64,000 bases of DNA, from positions 1-64,000 of the IMG/VR virus record IMGVR_UViG_3300035181_001402; one strand, written 5' to 3'. This DNA comes from an uncultured virus (IMG/VR IMGVR_UViG_3300035181_001402). Taxonomy: Duplodnaviria; Heunggongvirae; Uroviricota; Caudoviricetes. Both the position numbers and the translations under genes were made by a program. Positions 1 to 11,111 of the stretch are shown here, piece after piece (position 1 is the first letter of the stretch; every line of letters starts with the position of its first letter). Below the pieces are notes generated by a model. It had not been told where the DNA came from, searched no databases, and saw only the letters and a list, made by a program, of their open reading frames with translations.

Positions 1-2
1 AC

Positions 3-599
3 GTCAACACAGACAGCTCCGTCGACACGACGCGGCCGGACTTCCTCTACTCGATCGTCGGCTACCTCCTCTTTTTGAATGGGCGGCTCCCGCCCATGGA
101 CTTCTCCGACGAGGAGTTCCGGCAGTTTGTCATCAACCTCATCCGAATCTACTTCCAAGGGTCGACCCCCAAATCGATTTCGGACTTGACGAAGCTCCTT
201 CTCTCGGGGGACGTGCGAGTGACGGAGAACTTCCTCCTCGTTCGTCAAGGGGCTTCGGGCCTGGATATCTCGGACCAGTTCGGCTTCAACGTTGACGTGG
301 TCATCCCTGTTGGGGGACAGCTTCCGACGAACATGTTCCAGGTCGATGCCACGCTGAGGATGCTCCTCGACATCATCCGGCCGGCGCACACCCTCTTCAA
401 GATCCGGTACATCTTCCAGGATCCGATCATCCCCAATGGGGATACCACAGGCACCATCATCGACAGCATGCGCTGGGCTCTCGCGAACTACTACTACGAG
501 GACTTCAGGTCTTATTGGGGTGGAGTTCGGAATCGTGATCGGCTTGGAATGAAGCAAAATCAAGCCGTGTCCGCGGAAGATCACTCGAAGGATTTCTGA
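3..599 (+). CDS. Baseplate wedge-like virion protein (5' truncated)
   Basis: Frame is open from position 3; 'LLDIIRPAHTLF' resembles the xxPAH motif of baseplate wedge/P2 gpI-like proteins; lies in the structural cluster. Confidence 0.5.
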   Translation, partial: VNTDSSVDTTRPDFLYSIVGYLLFLNGRLPPMDFSDEEFRQFVINLIRIYFQGSTPKSISDLTKLLLSGDVRVTENFLLVRQGASGLDISDQFGFNVDVVIPVGGQLPTNMFQVDATLRMLLDIIRPAHTLFKIRYIFQDPIIPNGDTTGTIIDSMRWALANYYYEDFRSYWGGVRNRDRLGMKQNQAVSAEDHSKDF

Positions 600-604
600 C
601 CTTC

Positions 605-3600
605 ATGTCTACGACCTTGAACCAGGTTCTCTACACGTCGTCGTCAGGGATTGACGCGCAGAGCATCTACACGGACCGAGGGCCCATCTCCAAGCCCCCG
701 CTCGTTCTTGCAACGGGGACAGGGGCTACCCTCGATTCGTACACGACCGTGACGTTGCCGGGGGCCAATGTCCTTCTCTCCTATGTCGGCCTCGACGTCA
801 AGTTGACCTCGACGTTGAATGGGGGGTCGTACCGTATCGCAGCAAGGATCAGCGCCACCAAGGTTCGTCTTCAGGTGTGCTTCACGCTTCCTAATGTGGA
901 GACCGGGACGATTGCCTGGCAGATCATCGACCCCCGAGATGGGCAGATTGCCGATGACCCCAGCGATGTGACTGTTCACGTCAACGGCTCTCCTGTCATC
1001 CCCGACGCGGTCGCAGGGCTCCTCGGGCAGATTGTTCTTCCCTTCGTCCCTGCTCACGGAGATGACGTCAAGGTCGGCTACTCCTGGATCCACAATCCTA
1101 CGGTTGAGGTTCGGGGTCTCAATTCCAAGGAGTTCAAGCTCAACAACTGGAATCGAGACAACGGGCAGCCCCCCATGGGGAATGGACACAAGTACCGTTA
1201 CAACAACGTGCTTCTTGTCCCGGGCGACTATGTGGCAGCGGACATGCAGGCGGTGTTGGACCAGCCTCTTCAGCGAGACCTCAAGTACCGAGCGTTCGAG
1301 CGAGCCTACACGCCAGTCTTGAACGATCCCAACCTGCTACTCCTGAATTCCCCGACGCACAAGATCGCGTTCCCTCCGCTTCAAAGGGTGATCAACTCGA
1401 CGTTCGTCCCATACCAGGCGCTTGTCCTCCCAGAGAACGACGTCAACCCTTGGGCTCGGATGGGTTCGGGGACGGCAGCTATCGTTGCCCATGAGCTGGT
1501 CGTTGGCGACACGTTGGGGGATGTCTTCCCTGGGGGGCAGCCCATCTTCTGGACGCGTTCGATCGACTTGACGTTCCCCCACGTCTTCGCTGCGACGTGG
1601 CAGATGTACATCAACGCGACCCCCACGTTGGAAGGGGTGTTCTCGGGTGTGGTCGCTGGCTACTCGGACTCCGAGCGGGCGATGGTTGTGGGCTACCTGA
1701 ATGATGCGGGAACCCTCAAGATTGGGTTCCTCGTTGATGGGGAGGACCCGAGCCTCATCACGTCATGGGCCGGCGGCCTGTATGTGAACGGAAACCCGAC
1801 GGGCAGCCCGGTTGTTTTCGACTGGGCGGTGCTTCACTCCTACCGCATCTTCCGAGGGAAAGACCAGGTTGTCCGCCTCTTCGTTGATGGCGCGGTGCTG
1901 GAGACGTTGAAGCTCGGGGAAGGGAGCTTCCCGTTCCTGAGTAGCCTTCATGCGCCGTTCGTGAATCTGGAGGGGGTGTTCTTCGGGTCCCTGTCGATCG
2001 TGGCCACGAGCACATCAACCTGGGATTTCGTCCGCTACCTGATTCTTCCGACGAACCCTGTTCAGACGGCTCCTTCAATCTTCGTCTCCTACGAGGGGAC
2101 AAAGATCCCCGAGGTGGCACCGGGAGCATGGACGCCTGTTGGGGCCCATGGGACGGAGACGATTCTTGGGGGAGACTTCCTGCTCCTCGACTCCACGAGT
2201 GCGACGACGCCTTCTGTGGAAGCTCTTGCGGGGCTCATTGACGGAGACTTCCGAGGGTTCGTTCGGATTGAGCCTCTTCTGTCATCGGCCGCGGATGTGG
2301 TTCTCGACGTGAATGTGCAGCTCCGGACGTTCACCCACGGAATCACCCCCAACGCCTTGATGGCAGCTATCGACGACGGGGATCGTCTTGTCCAGCTCTG
2401 CTTCTTCTCGGATGTGGCAGCACCAAAGCTCAGCTACGGCGGGCGGACCTACCCGGACCAGGCGCAGCCCGTCCCCTGGAATTCGATGGGTACAGCTCCC
2501 GTGCGAATGGTGGGGCAGGTACTTCGGATCTCGGACGCAGATACGAATGACGCTCGGGTCTACTTCGTTGACGACACGGCTCCCACAGGATCTCCCGATC
2601 GTGTTGTCGACGCCACCTCGGACTTCATCCTTGAGTCACGACTCAAGGTCCTTTCCTTCATCCCCGATGGGGGCGGATTCGCTGGAGCGACGGCTCAAGT
2701 CTACGACGGCTCTCGCTCCCTTGGCTTCTTCCTCCAGGAAGCCAGCGGGATCCGCTACATCACGTTGCACTCGGACGGCGCCCCTGTTGTGGGCGGGCAG
2801 TTTGCTTTCGAGTGGAAGGACGGAGCGTTCCACACCTACCGTCTTGTCAAGAGCTTTGGGGGTGACCTCGTCACTCTGTTCGTCGATGGGATCTTCACGG
2901 GCACCGTCGCCTACAGCTCGTTCCCTGTGGCTGTGGGGCCTCCCGTTACGGACGGCACCATCTCCTTCGGGTCTTCGTCCCCGGCTTCGATGCAGTCCAC
3001 CTCCGTGGTCGATTGGGTGTACACGAATGCCTGGCGGGTGCTCTCAAGCTACCGTCGCTATGTGGGGGTCTGGAAGGGCTTCGATTCGGATGCCTTGACG
3101 GGCTACCATCTTCCCCTCAAGGGCTTGGGGAGGGATGTCCACGTCGTCGGGAACGTCATCACGGATACCCTCACGGACTTCTTCGCTTTGGGGGTGGTGA
3201 CCGGAGATCGCCTCATCATCGACGCAGGCCCCAACAAGGGGGTCTACACGATTCAGGCCGTGCCGAACTCCACGACCCTCACCTTGGCCTCGATCATCGT
3301 CAACCAACCCTCGACGGCGAGTTACCGAATCCCCAAGGAAACGGATTGGTCGGTCGCCAGCAAGTACAGGGTCACGCGCAGCCCGGCTGGAGACGTTGAA
3401 GTCTACCAGGGGATGACCCAGCTCATCGAGCTGGGGTACAACACGATCGACCTTCCCTCGAACACCGTCGGAATCCCCAGGATCCTGGCAGGGGGACTTC
3501 CGTCTATCGTTTTCGGGGCCTTCGACCCGACGAACATCTCCCAATCGTCATGGGATTTCGTTCGCTATGGGATCACTCGCTCGCCCACCGAGCTGAGGAT

Positions 3601-4525
3601 TGTCCCCCACCACCAAGTCTTGAACCAGCGGAACGTCATGGCCTCCCCGGAGCACTTGACGATGAATCTTCCGCACACGCACACGGACTTCTGGAGCAGC
3701 TCGACGGGCATCCCTCCGGCGATCGATCCGGACTTCCTACAGAATGCAGGGCTCATCGCCTTCACTCTGCTGAACGAGAAGACCCCGCTGGTCCCGTCGA
3801 CACAGACCGCAGAGGTCCGTCACCCTGTGACCGTCGTGGAACCCATCTCGGGGCTCAACAAGCCCGAGGACGTGCTCAACACGGACTCCGACTTCAAGCT
3901 CAACGATGGGGCTTTCCGGTTCCGTTACGCTGTCCCGGATGACGTTCTGTACAACTCTCTCCAGGTCATCGAAACCACCACGGGGCTTCCGAACCTCATC
4001 GCTCCGGTGGACGACCTTCTCTCAGACATCGGCGCCTTCAACTGGCAGGATGAGGTGTGTCTGGTGTACACGGGGGATGTCCTTCCGGAGCTGGACGCAA
4101 CAGCTCCTACTCCATGGGTAATCGCCTCAGACAATGCCTCCCATGTCACCCGGTCGTCCTTCTCTGGGATCCTCACCTACGGGACGGATGGGACTGGGAC
4201 TCGGACCATCTATCGGAACGCCACGCCTCTTCCGAATTCCCCGAGCTTGGAGACCGAGTTCAAGTTCCGATTCAAGGTCCTCAGCGACTCGACGGGCGGG
4301 ACGGGGGACTCCCAAATTCGAGTGGGCTTCTCAGCTCCCGGGATGACCCTCTCGTTGGCCTTCGTCACCTCATCCCTTGGAGAGCGGTACATCTTGGTCA
4401 AAGATGTGGCTTCGGATACGGTGGTTGGGGGTGCTCCTTTCGACTTCCTCGATGGGGAGTTCCACACGTACCGTCTCGTTCGTAGTCCGGGCGAGGGTAC
4501 TGTCACCATCTACATCGACGGGTAA
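605..4525 (+). CDS. Large virion structural protein with repeated beta-sandwich (lectin/LamG-like) modules
   Basis: 1306 aa; internal repeats of the type FDW/FEW..(F)HTYRL...VTLF/YVDG occur three or more times. Confidence 0.6.
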   Translation: MSTTLNQVLYTSSSGIDAQSIYTDRGPISKPPLVLATGTGATLDSYTTVTLPGANVLLSYVGLDVKLTSTLNGGSYRIAARISATKVRLQVCFTLPNVETGTIAWQIIDPRDGQIADDPSDVTVHVNGSPVIPDAVAGLLGQIVLPFVPAHGDDVKVGYSWIHNPTVEVRGLNSKEFKLNNWNRDNGQPPMGNGHKYRYNNVLLVPGDYVAADMQAVLDQPLQRDLKYRAFERAYTPVLNDPNLLLLNSPTHKIAFPPLQRVINSTFVPYQALVLPENDVNPWARMGSGTAAIVAHELVVGDTLGDVFPGGQPIFWTRSIDLTFPHVFAATWQMYINATPTLEGVFSGVVAGYSDSERAMVVGYLNDAGTLKIGFLVDGEDPSLITSWAGGLYVNGNPTGSPVVFDWAVLHSYRIFRGKDQVVRLFVDGAVLETLKLGEGSFPFLSSLHAPFVNLEGVFFGSLSIVATSTSTWDFVRYLILPTNPVQTAPSIFVSYEGTKIPEVAPGAWTPVGAHGTETILGGDFLLLDSTSATTPSVEALAGLIDGDFRGFVRIEPLLSSAADVVLDVNVQLRTFTHGITPNALMAAIDDGDRLVQLCFFSDVAAPKLSYGGRTYPDQAQPVPWNSMGTAPVRMVGQVLRISDADTNDARVYFVDDTAPTGSPDRVVDATSDFILESRLKVLSFIPDGGGFAGATAQVYDGSRSLGFFLQEASGIRYITLHSDGAPVVGGQFAFEWKDGAFHTYRLVKSFGGDLVTLFVDGIFTGTVAYSSFPVAVGPPVTDGTISFGSSSPASMQSTSVVDWVYTNAWRVLSSYRRYVGVWKGFDSDALTGYHLPLKGLGRDVHVVGNVITDTLTDFFALGVVTGDRLIIDAGPNKGVYTIQAVPNSTTLTLASIIVNQPSTASYRIPKETDWSVASKYRVTRSPAGDVEVYQGMTQLIELGYNTIDLPSNTVGIPRILAGGLPSIVFGAFDPTNISQSSWDFVRYGITRSPTELRIVPHHQVLNQRNVMASPEHLTMNLPHTHTDFWSSSTGIPPAIDPDFLQNAGLIAFTLLNEKTPLVPSTQTAEVRHPVTVVEPISGLNKPEDVLNTDSDFKLNDGAFRFRYAVPDDVLYNSLQVIETTTGLPNLIAPVDDLLSDIGAFNWQDEVCLVYTGDVLPELDATAPTPWVIASDNASHVTRSSFSGILTYGTDGTGTRTIYRNATPLPNSPSLETEFKFRFKVLSDSTGGTGDSQIRVGFSAPGMTLSLAFVTSSLGERYILVKDVASDTVVGGAPFDFLDGEFHTYRLVRSPGEGTVTIYIDG

Positions 4526-4530
4526 AGCAC

Positions 4531-5052
4531 ATGGGAACCCCGATCATCGTCAAGCTGAGCGCCTTCTCAGGGGTTGCTCAAGGGCTATTTTACGGGTCCT
4601 CCGAGGGACGGGTCTTCTTTTCGCCGGCCATGGAAGCGGCGGCGGCGAACTCGGTCATTCAGATCGATGAGGTCGACGTTTGCACGAAGGCGTACGACAC
4701 CTACAAGTTCCCCGCGCTGGTCGACCCTGTCCCCCTCTTCACGTACCCCTTGAACCCTGGGATGACCTTCACCCCGTCGCTGCTTGGGGTGGGATCTGTC
4801 CTCTGGGCTCCGGCGTCGAGGCTCTCGGAAGCCACCTTCGACTTCGGTTACAAGAACTCCGACACCATCGGGGGAGCAACCAGCTCTCGCGCAATTGCGA
4901 CCCTCACTGAGCCCATGGACCCGACCAAGGTTTCATTGTTGAACAACGTCTACTGGACGTTGTTCAACGGAATCGGGCACCCCTTCATCACAGCGGCCAA
5001 CCTGGCGCCAATCGGTCCGGGGACGACGACAGTTGTGACTCTCGAACCCTAG
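4531..5052 (+). CDS. Hypothetical virion protein
   Basis: 173 aa ORF packed between structural genes. Confidence 0.55.
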   Translation: MGTPIIVKLSAFSGVAQGLFYGSSEGRVFFSPAMEAAAANSVIQIDEVDVCTKAYDTYKFPALVDPVPLFTYPLNPGMTFTPSLLGVGSVLWAPASRLSEATFDFGYKNSDTIGGATSSRAIATLTEPMDPTKVSLLNNVYWTLFNGIGHPFITAANLAPIGPGTTTVVTLEP

Positions 5053-5078
5053 TTTTCTCTTATCCGTGGGGACGAGTG

Positions 5079-5744
5079 ATGGCACTCAATGTGGACGAAT
5101 TCGCTCAGCTCTTCGCGGCCCCTCCGCAGACCTATGCTCTGAATCAGCTCTGCGAGACGTTCGCGGATCCTGCTGAAAAAGGGCACTGGATCCGAGGCGA
5201 TGTCTTCATCACCCTCCGCGACGGGGAGACCGACGAGGTCCAAGATCACCGGGAAGTTCGGAACCTTGTCGTTTTCGACGCTTCGATCCTGATCGCGAGG
5301 CTCCTCAAGAACAGCCAGGAGCCTCCCACGGGCATCTTCGCTCTTGCGGTTGGGACGGGGGACGTCGGCTGGAACCCGATGAGCCCCCCGGCGGCGACGA
5401 ACACCCAACGGGCGCTCTTCTCCGAGCTGACGCGGAAGACGTTCACGACGACGACCTACATCGACGCTGGGGGTCTTCCTTCGGCCATCCCTACCAAGGT
5501 GGTGGACTACACGACCACATACACGCAGTCGGAGGCTGTGGGGCCCCTGGTCGAGATGGGCCTCATTGGGGGCAACGTCTCCTCGAACCTCGCGATCAAG
5601 AACCCCGTCTCCCCTCCCAATGGGGCGTATGACCCGACGGTGGACCTCACGACCAAAGAGACGCTGATCAACTACCTGACGTTCCCCGTGATCAACAAGC
5701 CGGCCACTTCCACGATGACCATCGTGTGGCGTTTGACCACCTAA
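5079..5744 (+). CDS. Baseplate/tail-fibre attachment-type protein
   Basis: 'ALAVGTG...TQRALFSELTRK...LVEMGL...NYLTFPVINK...IVWRL' pattern typical of tail-collar/baseplate proteins. Confidence 0.6.
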   Translation: MALNVDEFAQLFAAPPQTYALNQLCETFADPAEKGHWIRGDVFITLRDGETDEVQDHREVRNLVVFDASILIARLLKNSQEPPTGIFALAVGTGDVGWNPMSPPAATNTQRALFSELTRKTFTTTTYIDAGGLPSAIPTKVVDYTTTYTQSEAVGPLVEMGLIGGNVSSNLAIKNPVSPPNGAYDPTVDLTTKETLINYLTFPVINKPATSTMTIVWRLTT

Positions 5745-5754
5745 AGGCACCCGC

Positions 5755-8340
5755 GTGAACAAGTACTTCGGAGCCGCGGTGAGCGGCTATCTGGATCCGT
5801 CGGGCCGCAACTTCGAGTCGACCGTGAGCCAGGCTGGGAAGCCGGTTCTCGACAAGGAGCTGAACCTTTCGCAGGACCTCGCAGAGGGCTTTTCGCAAGG
5901 GCTTGCTCAACGCATGCCTTCGGGCTGTATTGCGGATGACTTCTTGGGGACGAGTAGCGCCTCCTCGGGCATCTTCACGACGAGCGTGGTCGCCAACCAG
6001 CTCGCGATGCCCAACAATCTCGTTGCACAGGTCAACGGCTGGACGTTCCTCGTCGCCCACACCAACGCGAACGGGTCCAACAAGCTCAACATGGGGGCGG
6101 CTCCCGCTGGAGCTGGGGCCAACCGTACGGACCTTGTTGTCCTGGAAGTCTGGAGGGCTCTCATCTCGGCATCCCCCGATGCAACGAACAAGAGCCCCGC
6201 GGGTCGCATCTGGAGGAATGGCAACGTCAAGGTCGCTTCCGCCAACGACCTGGCATTGAACTACGCCGACGACATCTTGGACACCAACGTGGGATCCGAG
6301 ACCACCAAGAGGGTACAGCTCCAATACCGGCTGAGGGTCCTTCATGGGGTCGACCTCTTCGCCACGCCCTACGGTCTTGATGACCCGACTGTGGTCGCGA
6401 ATTCAATCCCGACCAACGCGGCCACCCCGGATGGTGTTGCCACGCTTTTCCCCTACGTCAATCAGTCGACGAGCGGTGACCCTGGTCTTTGGGTCGCTGG
6501 CAACGGCACCACATCGAACACCTTGGGGACGGTCGATGGCTACATGTACGCCATCCCTCTCCTTGCCGTGTTCCGGCGGAACACCACGGCGTTCGCTCGC
6601 AACACGAATCACAACGGAGGGGTCGCCAGCCCGGGACCGAGTGATCGGCCGGACGGGCTTTTTCACGACATCCTTGCAGCGAAGGATATCGCCGACCTCC
6701 GTCATGCGGTCAGTCCGACGGGCTGGGACTACCGCGAACTCCTGGAGAAGAGCTTCAACGCGCTCCTCGACAACTCGGTTCAGACGGACTGGACGTCGAC
6801 TACAATCGGCGGCGGGTCCAATGGGCACACGGTTCTCTGGGCTGACTCGATTGGGGTCTCGAACGCCAACGGTGGGGATGGGACAACGACGGGGAACACC
6901 CCGGGAGCGGCGTTCATCGGGGAGTTCGATGCTGCTCGTAGGTCGTTCTCGGATCGTGTGGTCTACGAGGTCATCACGGTTGCTGTGCCCGCACCCGGCG
7001 GTGGCTGGGTTGATGGGTCAGTGGTCACCATTGACCCCACAGCTCTGGCCATCTACCCCTACGCTGCCTTCAACTGGGCTTCCTACAACCCTGCCACCGT
7101 GGCCTTCGTGGACTACCTGAGTGCCCAATGGATTGGGGATGGGAGCGGGAAGGTCACGCGAGATGCCGCCAACGGGGTCTATCTCGTGACGGGACTCGGC
7201 GAAATCCCTGTGAATACCCTTACGATCAAGATGGGGATTCTCTTTGGGTTTGGGTTGACGGATGAAACCCTATACGTGGATCTCTTGGTGGCATATCCGG
7301 CTGGGGTGGGACTCTCGAAGACGCCCACCACCACGTTTGGGGCTGCCTCTGTTGAGGTGAACAATCCCGGGGCCCTACCGGGATCCTCGCCCATTTCGTT
7401 CTCGGCTCTGGCGTCAACGAATGACATTGATGCCCCCCATCGAGAGGTTCGCCTCCAGTACAACACGTCAACGATCACGCTGACGATGGACGCGGACAGG
7501 ACTCAGATCGCCACGCGTTACCGACTTCCGGAACGCGCAGATAGCATCGTGTCAGTGCTCAAGAACGGGTCTCCGATCGCGGGGACGACTTCGTTGCACT
7601 TCAGCGGTCGCTACTTCGACCTCACTGCGGATTCGACCACCCCGGGAGATGTGCTCGACATCTCCTACGTCGCCATTCGACCGCTCCCTCAGAATGGGGA
7701 GCAGTTGACGGTCTACTACGAAGCGAGGGCTCCTCAAACGGCGAGATCCGAGTTGATCGGGATGACCCTGACTTTGACCCCGAGGCATGTCGGGGAGTCT
7801 CTCTTCACTTTCTCCACGGGGAGCGGGTCTCAGGACGAGGGGTATCCGTTCCCCTTTGCCTACGTCCAGGTGGGGGGCATCTACCCGACGGACAGCAGTT
7901 CTTTCAACGGGGACCATGAGCTGACGGGGTCGAAGCAGCTCTCGGTGATGAACTTCAGCTCGCAGACGGGCTTCCTCAAGTTGCCGTTGTACGTGCCTTT
8001 CGTCCCGAGTCCTGAAGCCATGACGTTCGATCGTGCGCTGGTCGACACGGATATCGAGGGACGAAGCTTCTTCAAATCCGTGCCCAGTGGGTATACCCCC
8101 AATGCCTACGCTCAGAACTTCTCGGATTCCAAGACGCACAGGAATGTCCTCCCTGTGCTTGCGGAGCTTTCCTCTGATTCTCCGTTGGGCTTCCGGGGGC
8201 AACTCGTTCTCGTGATGCTCGTTCGGAATGCAACGCTCGACGATGGGAATTGGGTGGCGTTTGACCCCAATCTCTCTCTGAATACGACGACAGCAGGTGT
8301 AGTCCGCATCAAGGGCAACCCGCTCTCTCGGAGGTTCTGA
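5755..8340 (+). CDS. Virion baseplate/fibre protein, paralogue A
   Basis: 861 aa, GTG start; N-terminal ~330 aa clearly homologous to 11112-15419 (QxGKP..D.ELNL.Q, LEVW, RVQLQYR, DGYxYAIP, RPDGLF). Confidence 0.65.
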   Translation: MNKYFGAAVSGYLDPSGRNFESTVSQAGKPVLDKELNLSQDLAEGFSQGLAQRMPSGCIADDFLGTSSASSGIFTTSVVANQLAMPNNLVAQVNGWTFLVAHTNANGSNKLNMGAAPAGAGANRTDLVVLEVWRALISASPDATNKSPAGRIWRNGNVKVASANDLALNYADDILDTNVGSETTKRVQLQYRLRVLHGVDLFATPYGLDDPTVVANSIPTNAATPDGVATLFPYVNQSTSGDPGLWVAGNGTTSNTLGTVDGYMYAIPLLAVFRRNTTAFARNTNHNGGVASPGPSDRPDGLFHDILAAKDIADLRHAVSPTGWDYRELLEKSFNALLDNSVQTDWTSTTIGGGSNGHTVLWADSIGVSNANGGDGTTTGNTPGAAFIGEFDAARRSFSDRVVYEVITVAVPAPGGGWVDGSVVTIDPTALAIYPYAAFNWASYNPATVAFVDYLSAQWIGDGSGKVTRDAANGVYLVTGLGEIPVNTLTIKMGILFGFGLTDETLYVDLLVAYPAGVGLSKTPTTTFGAASVEVNNPGALPGSSPISFSALASTNDIDAPHREVRLQYNTSTITLTMDADRTQIATRYRLPERADSIVSVLKNGSPIAGTTSLHFSGRYFDLTADSTTPGDVLDISYVAIRPLPQNGEQLTVYYEARAPQTARSELIGMTLTLTPRHVGESLFTFSTGSGSQDEGYPFPFAYVQVGGIYPTDSSSFNGDHELTGSKQLSVMNFSSQTGFLKLPLYVPFVPSPEAMTFDRALVDTDIEGRSFFKSVPSGYTPNAYAQNFSDSKTHRNVLPVLAELSSDSPLGFRGQLVLVMLVRNATLDDGNWVAFDPNLSLNTTTAGVVRIKGNPLSRRF

Positions 8341-10475
8341 TGCCCAGCTCGAAGAATCCGACCGTCACCGTCGCCCCTGGTTCCGGCAAGCTCCCGGCAA
8401 ACGTGGCCAATGCCTCGTCACTACTCTTTCCGGTGGGTGAGGGGGGTGGGGTGGTTCTCTCCAGTCACATCGCGGATCCGACTGACGCACACATGGCGTC
8501 CGCAATCGGGGTGGCTCCGATTGACCCCCTGACTTCAGCTCCCCTTTTGGAGAGTGCTGGCGGGGTCATTCGCGGCGAGAGTGTCTTCGACTTCATCCGG
8601 CAGTTCAAGGATCTTGCTCCGCCTCCCCCCAACACCTTGGGGTCGGACAACGGCCTCACCGTCAATTCGGGGATCCCTTACTGGGGTGTCCCGATCTCAA
8701 ACACGGGCGTTAACGGGGCATGGTCTCAAGATTCGACTCACGGTCGAGTGACCAAGTCCTTGATGCACACCTTCGGGTTGTCGAACACCATCACGGGGTT
8801 TCTCTACCCCGCAGATCGTGGGGTTCTCGCAATCTACAAGACGACGGCGACCGACTTTTCCGATAGCGCCAACACGACGTTGGTCGGGGCTCTCTGGTTG
8901 GGGTCCGCGCCTCCTTCGTACAGCGTCCCCTACTCGAACTTCGATGAGTCTCTCCGAGCGGTGGGGCAAGCGGACTACAACCCCACGCTCTCGGGTATCG
9001 ACAATCTCATGTTGCAGTACCGTGGTCCACAGAGCACGGCATCCATGGGTGGCTCCTTTTCGGGGTATCCCCAAAACTTCTCGGCGTATCAGATCGCCGA
9101 ATACGGGTACACCTTCACCATCGCTTCAGGGGACAATGGGAGTTACCTCCTGGTTCACTGGAAGGAGTCTTACGCGACCACCCTTGCGGCAATTCAGCCG
9201 GCGGGGATCACGCCCTTGACCCTTGTTGCTGCCAACTGCTACTCGGCGACTCCTTCGTCCCCTGACTTCGAGAATGTCATTCGGACGAGCATCTACGCAG
9301 ATACGACGGCCACCCTTCCGACAAGTGTCTCTCTCACCACGGCTCCCGCAGGTACGGTGACGACCTCGAAGTCTTCGGGGGTGCCCTACTACAACAGCAC
9401 GGGTCTCGCGTTCTCGATCACGGGGATTGCGAACAACTTGTTCGCGAACTCGTACTACACGAACACCCATGTGACGGGGTCGGTGCCTAATGGGTACACC
9501 TCGGCTACCACTCCGATCACGATCGACTGGGCAGACTTCGGGGGGGCCGTTCAGACGTTCGACCTTTTCGCGTCGCCCTCCAACATCTTCAATAACGGGA
9601 CCTCTTCGTCATTCTCCAATGGGTCCCCTCCGATGCCTGGCACGGTCGTGAAGTTTCAGGCCAATGCACTTCCGGTTCTTGGGGAAGGTCCGGTATGGCC
9701 TCACTCCGTGATCCGAATTCAATATCAGGCGTTGTTTCGGTCCGCCTTGGTGGTGCAAAGCACCGAGAAGTACATGTACAACGCCCTTTCGGTGCTGGCG
9801 TCAACGAACACCCTGGAGCTTTTCAGCGACGAAACCTATCGTCATGTGGGTTCGTTCACGGCAGCTTCGTCTACTACTCCCATCATCCCGGTGGGTGGTA
9901 ACAAGTTCGTTTCTGCGACTGCACTCACGGCCAATAATGGCGAACTCCAGTGCCATCTTGGGTATCTGACCTACCCCCGCGTGAACTACTCGACAGGGTA
10001 CTTTCCGGCGACGGGGCCGGACTACTCGACGGTCTTCTCAGGGGATTCTTCGACCCATATCCGCCGGTATATCCGTGCATTTGATACAGGATTCCCGACC
10101 AGCACGGGCAAGCTCAGGCTACGAGGGCTGAACCCGGCAGACTTCGCTTCGGGGGGCGTCACGTACACCGGAGCCGAGGTCGCAGACCACCTGGGGGGTG
10201 CCATCGTCCAGGTCAAGGTTCCTGGGGTCACTGGGTGGATGGACGTGGGTCGAGCAAAGGGAGACCCGGATCTCACCACGGTGGACTTCCATGGGTGTCG
10301 TACCCGGCTCACCATCTCCCCCACGATTGGGGTTGATGCGTATGTGGAATACGACACGTCTCTTCCCACCGTGAACAATGGGAGCGGTCAATACTTGATC
10401 TTCGTTCGAGTGAGCTACATCAAGAGCACGGGTAACGGGCGAATTCTGACTGAACTCGAATGGACGGCGTCATGA
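8340..10475 (+). CDS. Virion structural protein (Ser/Thr/Gly-rich)
   Basis: 711 aa; start overlaps upstream stop; 'SHIADPTDAHMASAI' linker resembles fibre proteins. Confidence 0.55.
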   Translation: MPSSKNPTVTVAPGSGKLPANVANASSLLFPVGEGGGVVLSSHIADPTDAHMASAIGVAPIDPLTSAPLLESAGGVIRGESVFDFIRQFKDLAPPPPNTLGSDNGLTVNSGIPYWGVPISNTGVNGAWSQDSTHGRVTKSLMHTFGLSNTITGFLYPADRGVLAIYKTTATDFSDSANTTLVGALWLGSAPPSYSVPYSNFDESLRAVGQADYNPTLSGIDNLMLQYRGPQSTASMGGSFSGYPQNFSAYQIAEYGYTFTIASGDNGSYLLVHWKESYATTLAAIQPAGITPLTLVAANCYSATPSSPDFENVIRTSIYADTTATLPTSVSLTTAPAGTVTTSKSSGVPYYNSTGLAFSITGIANNLFANSYYTNTHVTGSVPNGYTSATTPITIDWADFGGAVQTFDLFASPSNIFNNGTSSSFSNGSPPMPGTVVKFQANALPVLGEGPVWPHSVIRIQYQALFRSALVVQSTEKYMYNALSVLASTNTLELFSDETYRHVGSFTAASSTTPIIPVGGNKFVSATALTANNGELQCHLGYLTYPRVNYSTGYFPATGPDYSTVFSGDSSTHIRRYIRAFDTGFPTSTGKLRLRGLNPADFASGGVTYTGAEVADHLGGAIVQVKVPGVTGWMDVGRAKGDPDLTTVDFHGCRTRLTISPTIGVDAYVEYDTSLPTVNNGSGQYLIFVRVSYIKSTGNGRILTELEWTAS

Positions 10476-11089
10476 GCACCCTCTACTTCATCGACTACTT
10501 CGGTTCTACTTCGTTCGGTCTGGTACGGGACGTCCGTACCGTGATCTCGGGCCCGGTTGTGTCGACCGGCTCGATGGTGATCCGAGTCCCGGATTCGATT
10601 CCTATCACGTACGCTGTGTACGCCTCTGATGTGCTGAGCCAAAAGCACGCAGGTCAACTGGCTCAGTACCCGGGGTATCAAAACATCGCTTACGATGACC
10701 TCTTCGACACTTCCGGGATTGACCTCCTGAATTCGAGGGGGATTTATGTCGGGAAACGGGGAGCGGTGTCTCTTCGTGACAACTCGTCGATTTTCCGGAC
10801 CGTCCCCGTGACTTTGAATAGTCAACCGACCGAAGCAATTTTCTCGTGGGAGCTTTTTGGGTACAACCTTCTTGACTTCGCCTCCGAGAATCTCGTGTTG
10901 TCGTATGGGGAGGGTAACCCGGCTCTCTTCTCGGCTCTTCTGAGCTTCGATGGGGGTGCCTCCTATACAAGTGTGTTCTCCGGCATCCCCTTCCAAATCC
11001 CCCCCGTGTCTCAGGGGTCGACCCTCGTGATCCAAATCTACGGCTATAGCTCAAGGCTCAATCTGGGCTCTTGGTCGCTAGTGTACTGA
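10472..11089 (+). CDS. Hypothetical virion protein
   Basis: ATGA overlap with the upstream stop; 205 aa. Confidence 0.55.
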   Translation: MSTLYFIDYFGSTSFGLVRDVRTVISGPVVSTGSMVIRVPDSIPITYAVYASDVLSQKHAGQLAQYPGYQNIAYDDLFDTSGIDLLNSRGIYVGKRGAVSLRDNSSIFRTVPVTLNSQPTEAIFSWELFGYNLLDFASENLVLSYGEGNPALFSALLSFDGGASYTSVFSGIPFQIPPVSQGSTLVIQIYGYSSRLNLGSWSLVY

Positions 11090-11111
11090 TTCGATCCCCC
11101 AATAGATCCAC